Assembly: GCA_016839745.1 (NCBI GenBank)
Contig: JAEOTS010000009.1
Location: forward strand, 1-64,000
DNA: 64,000 nt
From: Promethearchaeota archaeon
Lineage (GTDB): Archaea > Asgardarchaeota > Lokiarchaeia > Sigyniarchaeales > SOKP01
Direction: 5' to 3'
Positions 27,435 to 37,408 of this stretch are shown here, in pieces (the first letter of the stretch is position 1; every line of letters starts with the position of its first letter). Made by a program: the position numbers and the translations under genes. The notes under the pieces were generated by a model. That model was not told the origin of the DNA and searched no databases. It saw nothing but the letters and a program-made list of their open reading frames with translations.

Positions 27435-28622
27435 TTATTTCATTCTTGCTGAAACCCAGTCGTAATAACCTTTATCTTCCATTACCTTCGGAATTTCGGC
27501 GAAGAATTGAGCAGTAATCTCTTTTACGTGTTTAGCTGCTACAGGATGGAACATCATAGCTAAATCTAAGCCCACTAAGCTCAGAGTTAATGCGTTAATG
27601 ATTTCCCAGATAGGTCCTCTGTATTGTCTTAAACCCCATTGAGGTGCTTGCTTTTCACTCATCCAGGCTTCACGAGCCCCCCATGCATTAGTAGTTCCGC
27701 CACTAATTGGATAAGCTAAATCAGTTTCTCCCAATAAACCTGCGATTCGCATTCTTTGATAAATGCTAAATGAATATTCCATTCCATAACCTAAGGTAGC
27801 ACATGTAGGGTCCATTACAATTCTATTTTTGGGTAATCCTAGTTCTAATGCGTCTTTGTTCATTTTTATTTGGTTATTTAAATCCAAGCTCGTCCAAAGT
27901 AAGCAATTATGGTCGTACTTAACGGCTAAAGGAATAACTTCCTCCCAGGTTGCTTTATCAGCTGCAGATAGCATTAAAACCTCGCTCTCGGTGGCAGCTG
28001 CAGTGACTTTAAATAACTCGACATCTTTTTCTTTATTTCCAGAGCAACCAATAATTACCGGAACATCAACGGCTTGTAAGATATCTTCTAAATATTTCAC
28101 AGATTGCGAAACTGGTGCGTCGCCCATAGCAGGATCAATTTCTAGAGAATGAAAAGTTATGCTTTCTGCGCCGAACTTATCGACGGCAAATTTTGCCCAT
28201 TCTGCGGGATCTCCTAATACTTCTCCATATTCTTGCTTAATAGGTTTAGGTAACATCATTTTAGAGCCCATATCAAAAACATCATAAGTAACTAAAGGTG
28301 GGTTAGGATTTCTTTTGTCAAGACCAAGAAAGTTGTAAAACGGGGGAACCTTTTCTCCGCCAATTACTGCTTTCTTTCCGTTCGATCTTATGAATTCAAT
28401 CGTTTCGATTTGTCCGGGAAATTCCAAATCAAGAGTAAATTTGGTTGGAGTCCATTCTGCTTTTCCAATTCCAGGTAAAACGGCTTGTGCAGCAGATTGA
28501 ACGATACCGGGCAACATTTGAAACTCTAAATACTCTGCGAATAAATCTACATCTTTTAGTTCGATTTCTTCAGTTTCTTTCATTAATTGGGCTAATTTCT
28601 TACTAATCTCATCAAACGAAAT
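27435..28622 (-). CDS. cdhD: CO dehydrogenase/acetyl-CoA synthase delta subunit (corrinoid Fe-S protein small subunit); probable ATT start at 28622
   Basis: IGGEKVPPFY, NPNPP..TYDVFD, DPAEWAK, LQAVDVP.IIG.SGN.EKD, IVMDPT.ATLGYG.EYS, NAWGAREAW, MFHP. Confidence 0.92.
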   Translation of the reverse strand: MSFDEISKKLAQLMKETEEIELKDVDLFAEYLEFQMLPGIVQSAAQAVLPGIGKAEWTPTKFTLDLEFPGQIETIEFIRSNGKKAVIGGEKVPPFYNFLGLDKRNPNPPLVTYDVFDMGSKMMLPKPIKQEYGEVLGDPAEWAKFAVDKFGAESITFHSLEIDPAMGDAPVSQSVKYLEDILQAVDVPVIIGCSGNKEKDVELFKVTAAATESEVLMLSAADKATWEEVIPLAVKYDHNCLLWTSLDLNNQIKMNKDALELGLPKNRIVMDPTCATLGYGMEYSFSIYQRMRIAGLLGETDLAYPISGGTTNAWGAREAWMSEKQAPQWGLRQYRGPIWEIINALTLSLVGLDLAMMFHPVAAKHVKEITAQFFAEIPKVMEDKGYYDWVSARMK

Positions 28623-28858
28623 TTTGTATCACTTTACATTATTATATTAAATCTATAATTAGGCTATTGGTGAATTGAATTTAAAATTATGTGATGGAAA
28701 ATGATCAAGGATCACCCAAAATGATTGTTTTATGTGGTTTAGATAAGAAAAATTTCGTAAAATTACTGAATTTGACCATTCTTTAAATATAGTCCACTTC
28801 GGAATTCGTCATGTATGTTTGAAAATGATAAAAAAAGTCTTTACTAAAAATTACTTTA

Positions 28859-29377
28859 TTAGTAATTCTTCTTTGTAATTCTCTTCTTAAATAAGATAAT
28901 CAAGCTTGAAGTTAAAATAATAGTTAGAATTAAGAGACCTATTTGATATCCAGGTATAATTGGAAGGTAATATCTCGTTAACTCGTCATTACTACAATAG
29001 AAAAAGAAAGTATCTGGTCCGTTTTCAATCAAAATTAGTTCGATGTAATAGATTTTAGACTCTGATGCTGTATAGTTAATGTAAGGATTATCATCTATAC
29101 TATAATTTATTGCTACATCAAAAATATCAGGATTAAGGCTACTATCAATATTTATAAAAGATTCAGTAGGACGCCTATCATAAAGAAACAGGTTGAAATT
29201 TCCATCACCGCTGTGAGTTACATTAATTACAATATTTTCATCTGCTTCTAAGTGAACAAGGAAATATACAGAAATACCGTTGTTTATATTATCTATATGC
29301 TCAAAACCAAAAACACTTACAGTTGGGATTAAAGTCATTAAAGTAAGAAGTGTAATCGCGAGATACTTTCGTTTCAT
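28859..29377 (-). CDS. Secreted protein with a Loki-CTERM-type (IPGY+TM+basic) sorting signal
   Basis: N-terminal signal MKRKYLAITLL...; C-terminal IIPGYQIGLLILTIILTSSLIILFKKR. Confidence 0.75.
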   Translation of the reverse strand: MKRKYLAITLLTLMTLIPTVSVFGFEHIDNINNGISVYFLVHLEADENIVINVTHSGDGNFNLFLYDRRPTESFINIDSSLNPDIFDVAINYSIDDNPYINYTASESKIYYIELILIENGPDTFFFYCSNDELTRYYLPIIPGYQIGLLILTIILTSSLIILFKKRITKKNY

Positions 29378-29450
29378 AATTTTGGTTAGGTAATAATTTT
29401 AAGTTTGATATAACGTTTAAACTAAATTAAGCTTTATTAAAATATGAAAT

Positions 29451-30359
29451 ATGAAAATAAGTGTGAACTTGTTTAACATGGACAAAATATCAATACAAAA
29501 TTTAGAGTTTGGTAAGTATCATGGTCTTGGAAACGATTATGTAATAATAAATAATCTAAAATATGGGATTCCTGACGATAAAAAATCAGACTTAGCAAAA
29601 ATATTATGTAAGCATCATTATTCTATAGGGGCTGATGGAGTTTTATTTGTTTGCCATCCAAAAAAAACGGAAGTGAGGATGAAAATGTTCAATCCCGACG
29701 GTACTCAAGCCGAGATGTGTGGAAATGGAGTTCGATGTTTTGCGAAATTTCTTTACGAAAACGATATTTATAAAAAAGATAAAATAGAGATTGAAACACT
29801 TAAAAGTATTGTAATCGCTAAACTTACTGTTATTAATGATAAAGTCGAAACAGTAACAATTGATATGGGCACTCCGACTTTAGATTGCGAGAGCATTCCA
29901 GTTAATTTAGAAAGTCCGGTAAATCAATGCGTTAATGAATCAATAGTAGTTTTAGATAAGATTTTTAAATTTACAGCAGTATCAACAGGTAACCCTCACG
30001 CTATTATTTTTTCAAAAGAGGTCATTAATGACGATGATTTGAAGAAATATGGTGCTGCAATCGAGTCTAATATCCTTTTTCCAAAAAAAACCAATGTAGA
30101 ATTCGTAAAAGTATTGTCCAAAGAGGAAGCTATTCTGAGAGTTTTTGAAAGAGGAGTTGGCGTAACTAATTCGTGTGGAACCGGTACTTGTGCTGCTGTA
30201 GTAGCAGGAACGACTTTAGGATTATTTAGGAAAAATACTCCCGTTACAGTCCATAACGATGGGGGTGATTTGAAAATTACTTATGATGGGAAATCAGTTT
30301 TTATGGAAGGTCCGGCTGAAAAAGTTTTTGACGGAGTAATTGAAACAATTGAGTTTTAA
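29451..30359 (+). CDS. dapF: Diaminopimelate epimerase (start probably ATG 29478)
   Basis: KYHGLGNDY, IGADG, AEMCGNG.RC, GNPHA, TNVEF, ERGVG.T.SCGTG. Confidence 0.95.
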   Translation: MKISVNLFNMDKISIQNLEFGKYHGLGNDYVIINNLKYGIPDDKKSDLAKILCKHHYSIGADGVLFVCHPKKTEVRMKMFNPDGTQAEMCGNGVRCFAKFLYENDIYKKDKIEIETLKSIVIAKLTVINDKVETVTIDMGTPTLDCESIPVNLESPVNQCVNESIVVLDKIFKFTAVSTGNPHAIIFSKEVINDDDLKKYGAAIESNILFPKKTNVEFVKVLSKEEAILRVFERGVGVTNSCGTGTCAAVVAGTTLGLFRKNTPVTVHNDGGDLKITYDGKSVFMEGPAEKVFDGVIETIEF

Positions 30360-30432
30360 TTTGTTTTCATAATTTACTTGGCCATTTTTATTTAAAAAAG
30401 AAGGAAATTTATCAAATTTGAGGTAATAAACT

Positions 30433-31746
30433 ATGAATTATTCTGATTGGTTAAAGAGAAAAGGATTAGAATATAGAGAGGATATATTGTATTTTGCAAA
30501 AAAAAAAACCTTAGATATCGCTAAAAGGTTTGGTACACCCCTTTATGTAATTAACGAACAAATGATACGTGAGCGCTACAGAAGCTTGAAAAATGTTTTA
30601 AATCACGAATACAAAAATAACCAAATTAACTATGCTGTTAAAGCAAATTCAAATCTGTCTGTTCTAAAAATTCTGAATTCAGAAGGGGCTTCCTTCGATT
30701 GTACTTCTATGGGAGAAGTGTACATTTGTTTAAAAGCGGGTATATCTTCAGAAAAGATGATATATACGGGAAATATGTTCACAGATGCTGACTTTAAATT
30801 CGCAGTAAAAAATAATGTTTTCGTCAATTTAGACAGTCTAAGCCAATTGAACCGTTTAGTACGAATTCATGAGAGCCTTGGTAAGGAAAAAAAAGCTATC
30901 TCTTTTAGGATAAATCCAGAATTTGGGGCAGGACACCATAAACACACAATTACAGCAGGAAAAGACATAAAATTTGGTATACTCGAACAACAAGCAATAG
31001 AAGCGTACAGAAAAGCTAAAGAAGCTGGTTTTGAAAAATTTGGTATTCATCAGCATATTGGGTCTGGAGTAATAAACGCTCTCGATTTTGGAAAACCAGC
31101 AGAAAAATTTATTAGTATTATCAAGAAAATAATAAAAACACTTGATATTAAGTTTGAATTCATCGATTTTGGTGGGGGTTTGGGAATTCCTTATCGACCA
31201 GAAGAAGAACCATTAGATTTAGAGAGTTATAAAAATTTAGTAATAAAACCGTTTTTGAATTTGTTGGAGGCAGAAGAGTTAGGCGAACCCATTTTTAAAA
31301 TCGAACCAGGACGTTTCCTAAGCGCGGAGTCTACAATTTTATTAACGCAGATAAATACAATAAAAGATAATGGATTTAAGCTTTTTGCTGGAGTTAACGC
31401 TGGTTTTAATACGCTAATTCGTCCAACATTATACAATAGTTATCATCATATAATTCCTTGTGATTTAAAAGGAAAAAAGCGGGAATTTGAATATGATATT
31501 GTAGGACCTATTTGTGAGTCTGGAGACATTCTTGGAGAAGGTAGGAAATTAAATGAGTTGAAAGAGGAAGATTATCTTGCTATTCTTGATACTGGAGCAT
31601 ACGGTTTTGTTATGAGTAGCCCTTATAATTCAAGACCTAGACCTGCTGAAGTATTAATTAATAATAATTCTGTGTATGAGATTAGAAGGGCAGAAACTTT
31701 CGAGGATCTATTAAACGGTCAAAAAGTTCCAGAACATTTAAAATAA
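30433..31746 (+). CDS. lysA: Diaminopimelate decarboxylase
   Basis: GTPLYV, YAVKAN, KFGI, HIGSG, DFGGG, EPGR, GPICESGD, GAYG..MSSPYNSRP. Confidence 0.95.
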   Translation: MNYSDWLKRKGLEYREDILYFAKKKTLDIAKRFGTPLYVINEQMIRERYRSLKNVLNHEYKNNQINYAVKANSNLSVLKILNSEGASFDCTSMGEVYICLKAGISSEKMIYTGNMFTDADFKFAVKNNVFVNLDSLSQLNRLVRIHESLGKEKKAISFRINPEFGAGHHKHTITAGKDIKFGILEQQAIEAYRKAKEAGFEKFGIHQHIGSGVINALDFGKPAEKFISIIKKIIKTLDIKFEFIDFGGGLGIPYRPEEEPLDLESYKNLVIKPFLNLLEAEELGEPIFKIEPGRFLSAESTILLTQINTIKDNGFKLFAGVNAGFNTLIRPTLYNSYHHIIPCDLKGKKREFEYDIVGPICESGDILGEGRKLNELKEEDYLAILDTGAYGFVMSSPYNSRPRPAEVLINNNSVYEIRRAETFEDLLNGQKVPEHLK

Positions 31747-31838
31747 GAAAAAAGAATTAAATCCTTTATAACGTTAATTATCACGAGATAGAATTATAAA
31801 TATGGGCTGCGTAAGGATTGGATACCCTTTATGCCGTT

Positions 31839-31904
31839 TCGATGAAGAGTTGGCGTAATGAAATCTATATTACTTAGATTAATGATAATACCGATCTGCT
31901 CTGA
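31839..31904 (+). ncRNA. Candidate C/D-box guide sRNA
   Basis: C-like TCGATGA, 12-nt guide, D'-like ATGA, hairpin AATCTA/TAGATT, C'-like ATGATAA, 12-nt guide, D box CTGA. Confidence 0.4.
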
Positions 31905-32028
31905 TTTATTTATAATTTTATCTCTCTTATTAAAAAGATAAGTATAATTTTTAAATGAAAGAAAATCTTCTTAAAACCTAAGAACTTTTTATTTTATCAT
32001 CACAGAAATTATAATTAAAGTTTTATCT

Positions 32029-32754
32029 ATGAATGTTGCTATTTTATCTGATATTCATGGAAATATTCACGCATTAAACGCCGTAATATCTGACATCAAA
32101 TCTCTCAACATCTCAGAAATTGTATTTTTAGGAGATTTGGTTATAAATGGCCCTTCACCATCGGAAGTATTTCAAGAATTGCGAAATTTAAAACCAATTT
32201 GTTGGATAAAAGGAAATACTGACACCTGGTTTGCTGAAATAAATGACGAATGGTCACCAACTACGGAACAAGAAGAAAAATTATATAATCTTTTTATCTT
32301 TGCTCGAAATTATTTAACCAAAGAATCGATAGAATTTTTATTAAAACGCCCTGAGAAATGTGTTTTTGAAACTGCTGGAGTAGCTATCTTAGCATTACAC
32401 GGATCGCCTAGATCTATTTCAGAAGGTATAGGAAAAAATATTACGCAGAATGAACTTAAAGGAATTTTCTCAGATATAGAAGAATCAGTTATAGTGTCAG
32501 GACATTCACATGTACCTTTTATAGGAAAGGTTGCGAATAAATTTATTTTTAATGTAGGAAGTATTGGAATGTCCTTAGACGATGATAATAGAGCGTCTTA
32601 CGGTATAATAAAAATTAAAAATGAGATCCCTGAATGTTCGATCCGAAGAATAGCATATCCTATAAGTAAAACTCTATCAATAGCACAGAATCGGGATTTT
32701 CCTGATTTGAAAAATTATAAAAAAAAGTTAAATGAAGCGAGAAGTTCACCGTAA
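32029..32754 (+). CDS. Metallophosphoesterase (YfcE/MJ0936-like)
   Basis: SDIHGN, LGDLV, KGNTD, HGSP, GHSH.P, NVGSIG. Confidence 0.9.
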   Translation: MNVAILSDIHGNIHALNAVISDIKSLNISEIVFLGDLVINGPSPSEVFQELRNLKPICWIKGNTDTWFAEINDEWSPTTEQEEKLYNLFIFARNYLTKESIEFLLKRPEKCVFETAGVAILALHGSPRSISEGIGKNITQNELKGIFSDIEESVIVSGHSHVPFIGKVANKFIFNVGSIGMSLDDDNRASYGIIKIKNEIPECSIRRIAYPISKTLSIAQNRDFPDLKNYKKKLNEARSSP

Positions 32755-32776
32755 ATTTATTTAAAGATATAAAAAG

Positions 32777-33598
32777 CTAAAGATCAAGTACATCTTTCAT
32801 TTCGAAAATTTTATTTTCTTTCACTTTGGCAACAAATTTGATAGCTTTAATTGCTCCTGATGCGAAACATGCTCTACTATGAGCTTGATGCTTTAATTCT
32901 ATTCGTTCGCCTGGTCCTGCAAATAAGATGGTATGGTCGCCAATAATATCACCACCCCGGACAGAATGGATGCCTATTTCGCTTTTTGCTCCAACGAGTC
33001 GCTTATTTGGTCCTTTTTCTCTTCCATATTTTGCTATTTCATCTAAGTTAGAACCTATCGCATTAGTTATAGCCTCTCCAATTTTTAAAGCAGTGCCACT
33101 AGGAGAATCAACTTTCCTATGATGATGTGCCTCTATGACTTCTATATCCCACTCCTTCAAATAGCTTGCTATTATACCGGAGATTTTAAATAGGAGATTT
33201 ACTCCAGTGGCCATATTTGGTGATATTACAGCAGGAGCTCTATTTTTTTCTACAAGTTCTTTAAACTTTTCTAAAAAATCTTTTGACATAGCAGTTGTTC
33301 CAATTACGCACCGTATTCCGTTTTTAACACAAATTAGGCAATTCTTTTCTGTAGCTCTTGCAACTGTAAAATCAACAACCACATCTGGCTTGGTTTCGTT
33401 AATAACCTCTTGAATATTATTCACATCTTTGATCATAATCTTATTAGCGTCATCGATTGCTACAAGGGCTCCTAACTCATTATTAATTTGAGTTAGGTCG
33501 CATGCAGCTACAACTTCTATTTCGCCATCGGTAATTGCGAGTGAGGAAATTAATTTTCCCATCGATCCGGTAGGACCTAGTATTAATAACTTTATCAT
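32777..33598 (-). CDS. dapB: 4-hydroxy-tetrahydrodipicolinate reductase
   Basis: GPTGSMG, VDFT, IGTT, PNMATGVN, EAHHHRKVDSPSGTA, SVRGGDIIGDH. Confidence 0.95.
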   Translation of the reverse strand: MIKLLILGPTGSMGKLISSLAITDGEIEVVAACDLTQINNELGALVAIDDANKIMIKDVNNIQEVINETKPDVVVDFTVARATEKNCLICVKNGIRCVIGTTAMSKDFLEKFKELVEKNRAPAVISPNMATGVNLLFKISGIIASYLKEWDIEVIEAHHHRKVDSPSGTALKIGEAITNAIGSNLDEIAKYGREKGPNKRLVGAKSEIGIHSVRGGDIIGDHTILFAGPGERIELKHQAHSRACFASGAIKAIKFVAKVKENKIFEMKDVLDL

Positions 33599-33624
33599 CT
33601 CAATTCCTCAATCATACTAGTGAT

Positions 33625-34524
33625 CTATATTAAGTTTAGATTTCTTAATACAGTCTTTATTTTTTCTTGATTTTCTTCTAAAGGTGGAGTTAAAGGTAAT
33701 CTCATCCTTTTATTCATAATGCCCATTATTTCAGCGGAAAACTTAACAGGACCGGGATTGGTTTCCACAAATAATATTTTGAAAAGATTAAAAAGTTCCA
33801 ATTGCATTTCCCTTGCCCTATCCCAATTTCCCTTAAGCATGGTGTTCGTGAATTCCACTAGTTTAGCGGGTATAATATTTGAGGCTACGCTTACAACTCC
33901 TTTGCCACCTAAAGCCATTATATGAAATGTCATCCCGTCATCACCACTAAGTACTATGAAATCATCTGGAGTTGTTTTTATGATCTTCGTAATTTGGTCT
34001 ATGTTTCCGCTCGCACATTTAATCCCAACGATGTTATCTTTTTTATATGCTAATTTTGAAACAGTTTCAGGTTCTAGATTCCTCCCCGTCCTACTGGGAA
34101 CATTATAAAGAACTATTGGCAAAGAAATTGAATCTGCTACTGTGGAAAAATGATCGATCAGAGAATGTTGAACAGGTTTATTATAATACGGTACAACTAC
34201 TAAGCACCCGTCTGCACCTGCTTTTTCAGCGTACTGGCAAAGCGAAATCGCTTCTTTAGTTGAATTACTCCCACAACCCGCTAAAATAAAGGGATCTTTT
34301 CCACTCTTCTTCCCTTCATCAATAGCTATATCCATAGCAACATGGTGTTCTTCGTGAGAAAGGGTCGCTGATTCTCCCGTGGTGCCCATAGTTAGTGGTT
34401 GACACCCGTTGTCAATCTGAAACCTGATAAATTCTCTATATTTTCCCTCGTCTATTTCTAAATCCTCTGTGAAAGGTGTAATCATCGCAGTAATGACATT
34501 TTGTAATTTTTCTATTTTATTCAT
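33625..34524 (-). CDS. dapA: 4-hydroxy-tetrahydrodipicolinate synthase
   Basis: TAMITPF, GTTGESATL, PYYNKP, LYNVPSRTG, GIK, LSGDD, ETNPGPVK. Confidence 0.95.
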   Translation of the reverse strand: MNKIEKLQNVITAMITPFTEDLEIDEGKYREFIRFQIDNGCQPLTMGTTGESATLSHEEHHVAMDIAIDEGKKSGKDPFILAGCGSNSTKEAISLCQYAEKAGADGCLVVVPYYNKPVQHSLIDHFSTVADSISLPIVLYNVPSRTGRNLEPETVSKLAYKKDNIVGIKCASGNIDQITKIIKTTPDDFIVLSGDDGMTFHIMALGGKGVVSVASNIIPAKLVEFTNTMLKGNWDRAREMQLELFNLFKILFVETNPGPVKFSAEIMGIMNKRMRLPLTPPLEENQEKIKTVLRNLNLI

Positions 34525-34775
34525 ATACTCTCAACTCGGTTTTAAATATATTGAATGATTGTATTGACTTAACTATTTAAATAAAAAATGCTAATTAAAG
34601 TATTATTTGGTAAAGCTCACTTATAAGCCTTATTGCTAAACGCATCATAAATAAATCTCTAAGCAATTTGAGTCTCGTTGTATCCTCCTTTGATTTTGGG
34701 GATTAATGATTTTAGTTTAAGACAAAAAATAAATAGGAAGTTAATTATGATTTTGGTATAAAATTCTATAATAAC

Positions 34776-35786
34776 ATGAAAATCGATTATTTAGATAAAT
34801 TTTCCGGAACCCTTTTAGGAGTAAGCATTGGAGACACCTTAGGTCATCCGTTTGAAGGAATGATCAGGGAAAGAATATATTCACATTTTAAGGACTTCAA
34901 ACAATATTTGAAAGACAACAAACGGTTCTTCAAAACTTACACAGATGACACTCAACTGACACTACACACAGCAGAAGCGCTTATCCAAGGATCAGGATTT
35001 AATGAAAACAATTTCATTAGGGAGTATGTTAAATGGCTTGACGATCCTCCAATAGGTCCCGGATTTGGGTGCATATCCTCCATACAAAAATTAAAATACG
35101 GAATTCCATGGAAAAAAGCAGCTTCAAATTCCGGAGGTAATGGCACAGCAATGAGAGTCTCTCCTATTGGACTATTTTATTGTAAAGACATAAAGAGTTT
35201 AAATAGTGCGGCGTTAAAATCTAGTGTAATTACTCATTCTCACCCAGCAGCTTCGGCAGGTGCTATCGTTATAGCAAGAGCAATAGCTTTTCTAGTTGAT
35301 AAATCAGTAGAGAATCGTTTCTCAATAGAGGAATTTTTTGCTACTTTAATATCTTCAATTTCAGACTCGCAAGAAAAAATATGGGAAGAATTTATTAAGA
35401 TTTTAAATAGAGTTAAAGACAATCTCAACATTTCAGTAGAGACTGGGCTAATAAAATTTTCCCAAGTGGGTGTAAAATCTCCGTTCTTTATCGAAGATTA
35501 TTTGGGTAAAGCTTTTGTTCATCCCTATACATTAAGCACCGTCGCTTGCGCAATATTCATCTTTTTAAAAAATCTGAACTCGTTTGAAGATTGTATCATT
35601 CAATTAGCTACTGCGGGTGGCGATAGTGATACTGTAGGTGCTATTGGTGGGAGCTTAGCTGGAGCTTATTTCGGATTAGGAAATATTCCAGATGATTTGA
35701 AAACGATGGTAAAACAGCATAAAAATATCTTAAAAATTAGTGAGCAATTACATTTTAAATTCATAGAAAAATACGAAATATTTTAA
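34776..35786 (+). CDS. ADP-ribosylglycohydrolase family protein
   Basis: GDTLG.PFE, YTDDTQ, GNGTAMRVSP, ITH.H, GGDSDTVGAI.G. Confidence 0.92.
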   Translation: MKIDYLDKFSGTLLGVSIGDTLGHPFEGMIRERIYSHFKDFKQYLKDNKRFFKTYTDDTQLTLHTAEALIQGSGFNENNFIREYVKWLDDPPIGPGFGCISSIQKLKYGIPWKKAASNSGGNGTAMRVSPIGLFYCKDIKSLNSAALKSSVITHSHPAASAGAIVIARAIAFLVDKSVENRFSIEEFFATLISSISDSQEKIWEEFIKILNRVKDNLNISVETGLIKFSQVGVKSPFFIEDYLGKAFVHPYTLSTVACAIFIFLKNLNSFEDCIIQLATAGGDSDTVGAIGGSLAGAYFGLGNIPDDLKTMVKQHKNILKISEQLHFKFIEKYEIF

Positions 35787-36352
35787 TCAGCTCTACTTAG
35801 ATACTTCTTCAGTTTTTTCAAACATATTTCGCAGAAATCATGCGGTTTTTTATCGGTATCGTCTAAGGAGTTTGAGAAACGCATCACACATAGATTCTCG
35901 CAATGTTCTAATCCAAAAGTGTGGCCAAGCTCGTGAATTGCTTCTTTGAGAACTCTTTGCTCAAATTGAGCTTCATTTTCGGTTCTTCTATAGAATTCTT
36001 CTCTTAAGCGAGTAACTGAAATTAATGCGCTCCCAAAAGACTTATTTCTAGGCAGATCAGCAACGCCAAATACAAAGTTTAAAAATTTAGAGAAAATGTC
36101 AACATCCATAACCCCCAGAATGCGATAATAATTTTTATTCTTTACATGAGCGTTTAATCTTTTTTTAACTTGTAACGCATCGTATTGTCGCTTTATGGGT
36201 TCAAATTCGGAATCCAACACGGGAAGTTGGTCAGGAAGGATAACAACTTTGATATTATATTTTTTAAAGAACCACTTTAAATTCTTTTTAAGAATTATTA
36301 ATATTCCGGGTTCGATATCTCCAATTTTCTGCAAATATATTGTTTTCGTCAT
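35783..36352 (-). CDS. amzA: Archaemetzincin Zn metalloprotease
   Basis: LNFVFG.A, KEAIHELGHTFGLEHC...CVMRFSNS..DTD.K...FC..C. Confidence 0.93.
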   Translation of the reverse strand: MTKTIYLQKIGDIEPGILIILKKNLKWFFKKYNIKVVILPDQLPVLDSEFEPIKRQYDALQVKKRLNAHVKNKNYYRILGVMDVDIFSKFLNFVFGVADLPRNKSFGSALISVTRLREEFYRRTENEAQFEQRVLKEAIHELGHTFGLEHCENLCVMRFSNSLDDTDKKPHDFCEICLKKLKKYLSRAD

Positions 36353-36551
36353 TTTAGAGCTAACTTAAATAGCTTTCCTAAGGAAGTTAAATATAACCTA
36401 ATTTATTAGATTTAACAATAACTGCTTAGATGGAATAAAGAAATAAAAAAATTAAAAATCGAAAAAAGATTTGGATCATTATTATTGATATTTTATAATG
36501 TAATTTTTCATTATGAAAGCATAATTTATCAAACTACTCCTCGAATTTAAT

Positions 36552-36625
36552 GGGAGGGTGGTCTAGCTTGGTATGATTCCTGGTTTGGGACCAGGTGGCC
36601 GGGGGTTCGAATCCCCCCTCTCCCA
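36552..36625 (+). tRNA. tRNA-Pro (anticodon TGG), intronless, CCA not encoded
   Basis: Acceptor GGGAGGG/CTCTCCC, anticodon stem CCTGG/CCAGG with loop TTTGGGA, T arm GGGGG-TTCGAAT-CCCCC; T-run follows. Confidence 0.96.
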
Positions 36626-36707
36626 TTTTTCTAATTATCTTTCTTGAGAGATCTAATTTCAAAGAATATGATCAAAAAAAACTAAGCGGTTATAAAATGA
36701 AAAAGGA

Positions 36708-36995
36708 TTAGATTTCGAAATATTCTTCAACATTTATTGAATCGTTTGTATTGAAATAGATATCTGGAATTAGTTCTTGAACTGTTGTCAGAAGAGACAA
36801 CATTATTGCGGGATTATCTGAAGTAATTTTGTAGTAAATATGGAGCCCTATTCTCGTTTTTACTTGAATCTGTTCTTTAAAGAACTCTATTAACTGCTGG
36901 ACATCTTCTTTAAACTCTTTATTTTTTTCAATCCAGACGAAAATTTGTTTCTTTTTAGTTTTGATGTTTGATTTAATTTTTAATTTTAATATCAT
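36708..36995 (-). CDS. Hypothetical protein
   Basis: 95-aa ORF filling an intergenic gap. Confidence 0.6.
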   Translation of the reverse strand: MILKLKIKSNIKTKKKQIFVWIEKNKEFKEDVQQLIEFFKEQIQVKTRIGLHIYYKITSDNPAIMLSLLTTVQELIPDIYFNTNDSINVEEYFEI

Positions 36996-37113
36996 TTTTA
37001 TCGAGAAATTATATAATTAATTCTTGAAGTATTAGTTAATATTCTTTTAAATCTAATTATAAAAACGAGGATATTTTTAGGGGAAAATTAGAGGGATTAA
37101 AATTTTAAAATGT

Positions 37114-37392
37114 TTAATCTCTAATCCTCTTTAATTCGATTTTAACAACATTATAACGATCCGGACACTCTAATTCGACTACATCAGAATCTTGCGACCA
37201 AGGAAATGTGCCGCCAAATTGTAAAGTTATAATAGAGGGAAAGATATCATGATAAAAGAAGCCACACAATCCTCCGGAATCGTGTCCGCTCAATTCTATC
37301 ACATCTCCTTCCTTATGATTTGCGTTACATTGACCTTTAACATCTTTTATGGTGCCTAGTATTTTATAGGTTTTCCTATCGTTTTCGCTCAT
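37114..37392 (-). CDS. TIGR04076-like small Cys protein
   Basis: VKGQC.A.HKEGD, GLCG.FYH.IFP...LQFGG.FPW, CPD. Confidence 0.75.
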   Translation of the reverse strand: MSENDRKTYKILGTIKDVKGQCNANHKEGDVIELSGHDSGGLCGFFYHDIFPSIITLQFGGTFPWSQDSDVVELECPDRYNVVKIELKRIRD

Positions 37393-37408
37393 TATTATAC
37401 ACGTTACT

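Noticed and set aside
28700-28725. TGATC-AAG-GATCA palindrome upstream of cdhD as an operator
   Set aside because: Only 5 bp and a single occurrence; could be chance.
34530-34770. Lysine riboswitch upstream of dapA
   Set aside because: Only weak pairing (ATTGCT/AGCAAT); the conserved L-box motifs are absent.
36552-37000. Integrated element at tRNA-Pro
   Set aside because: No integrase and no duplicated tRNA 3' end seen in the window.
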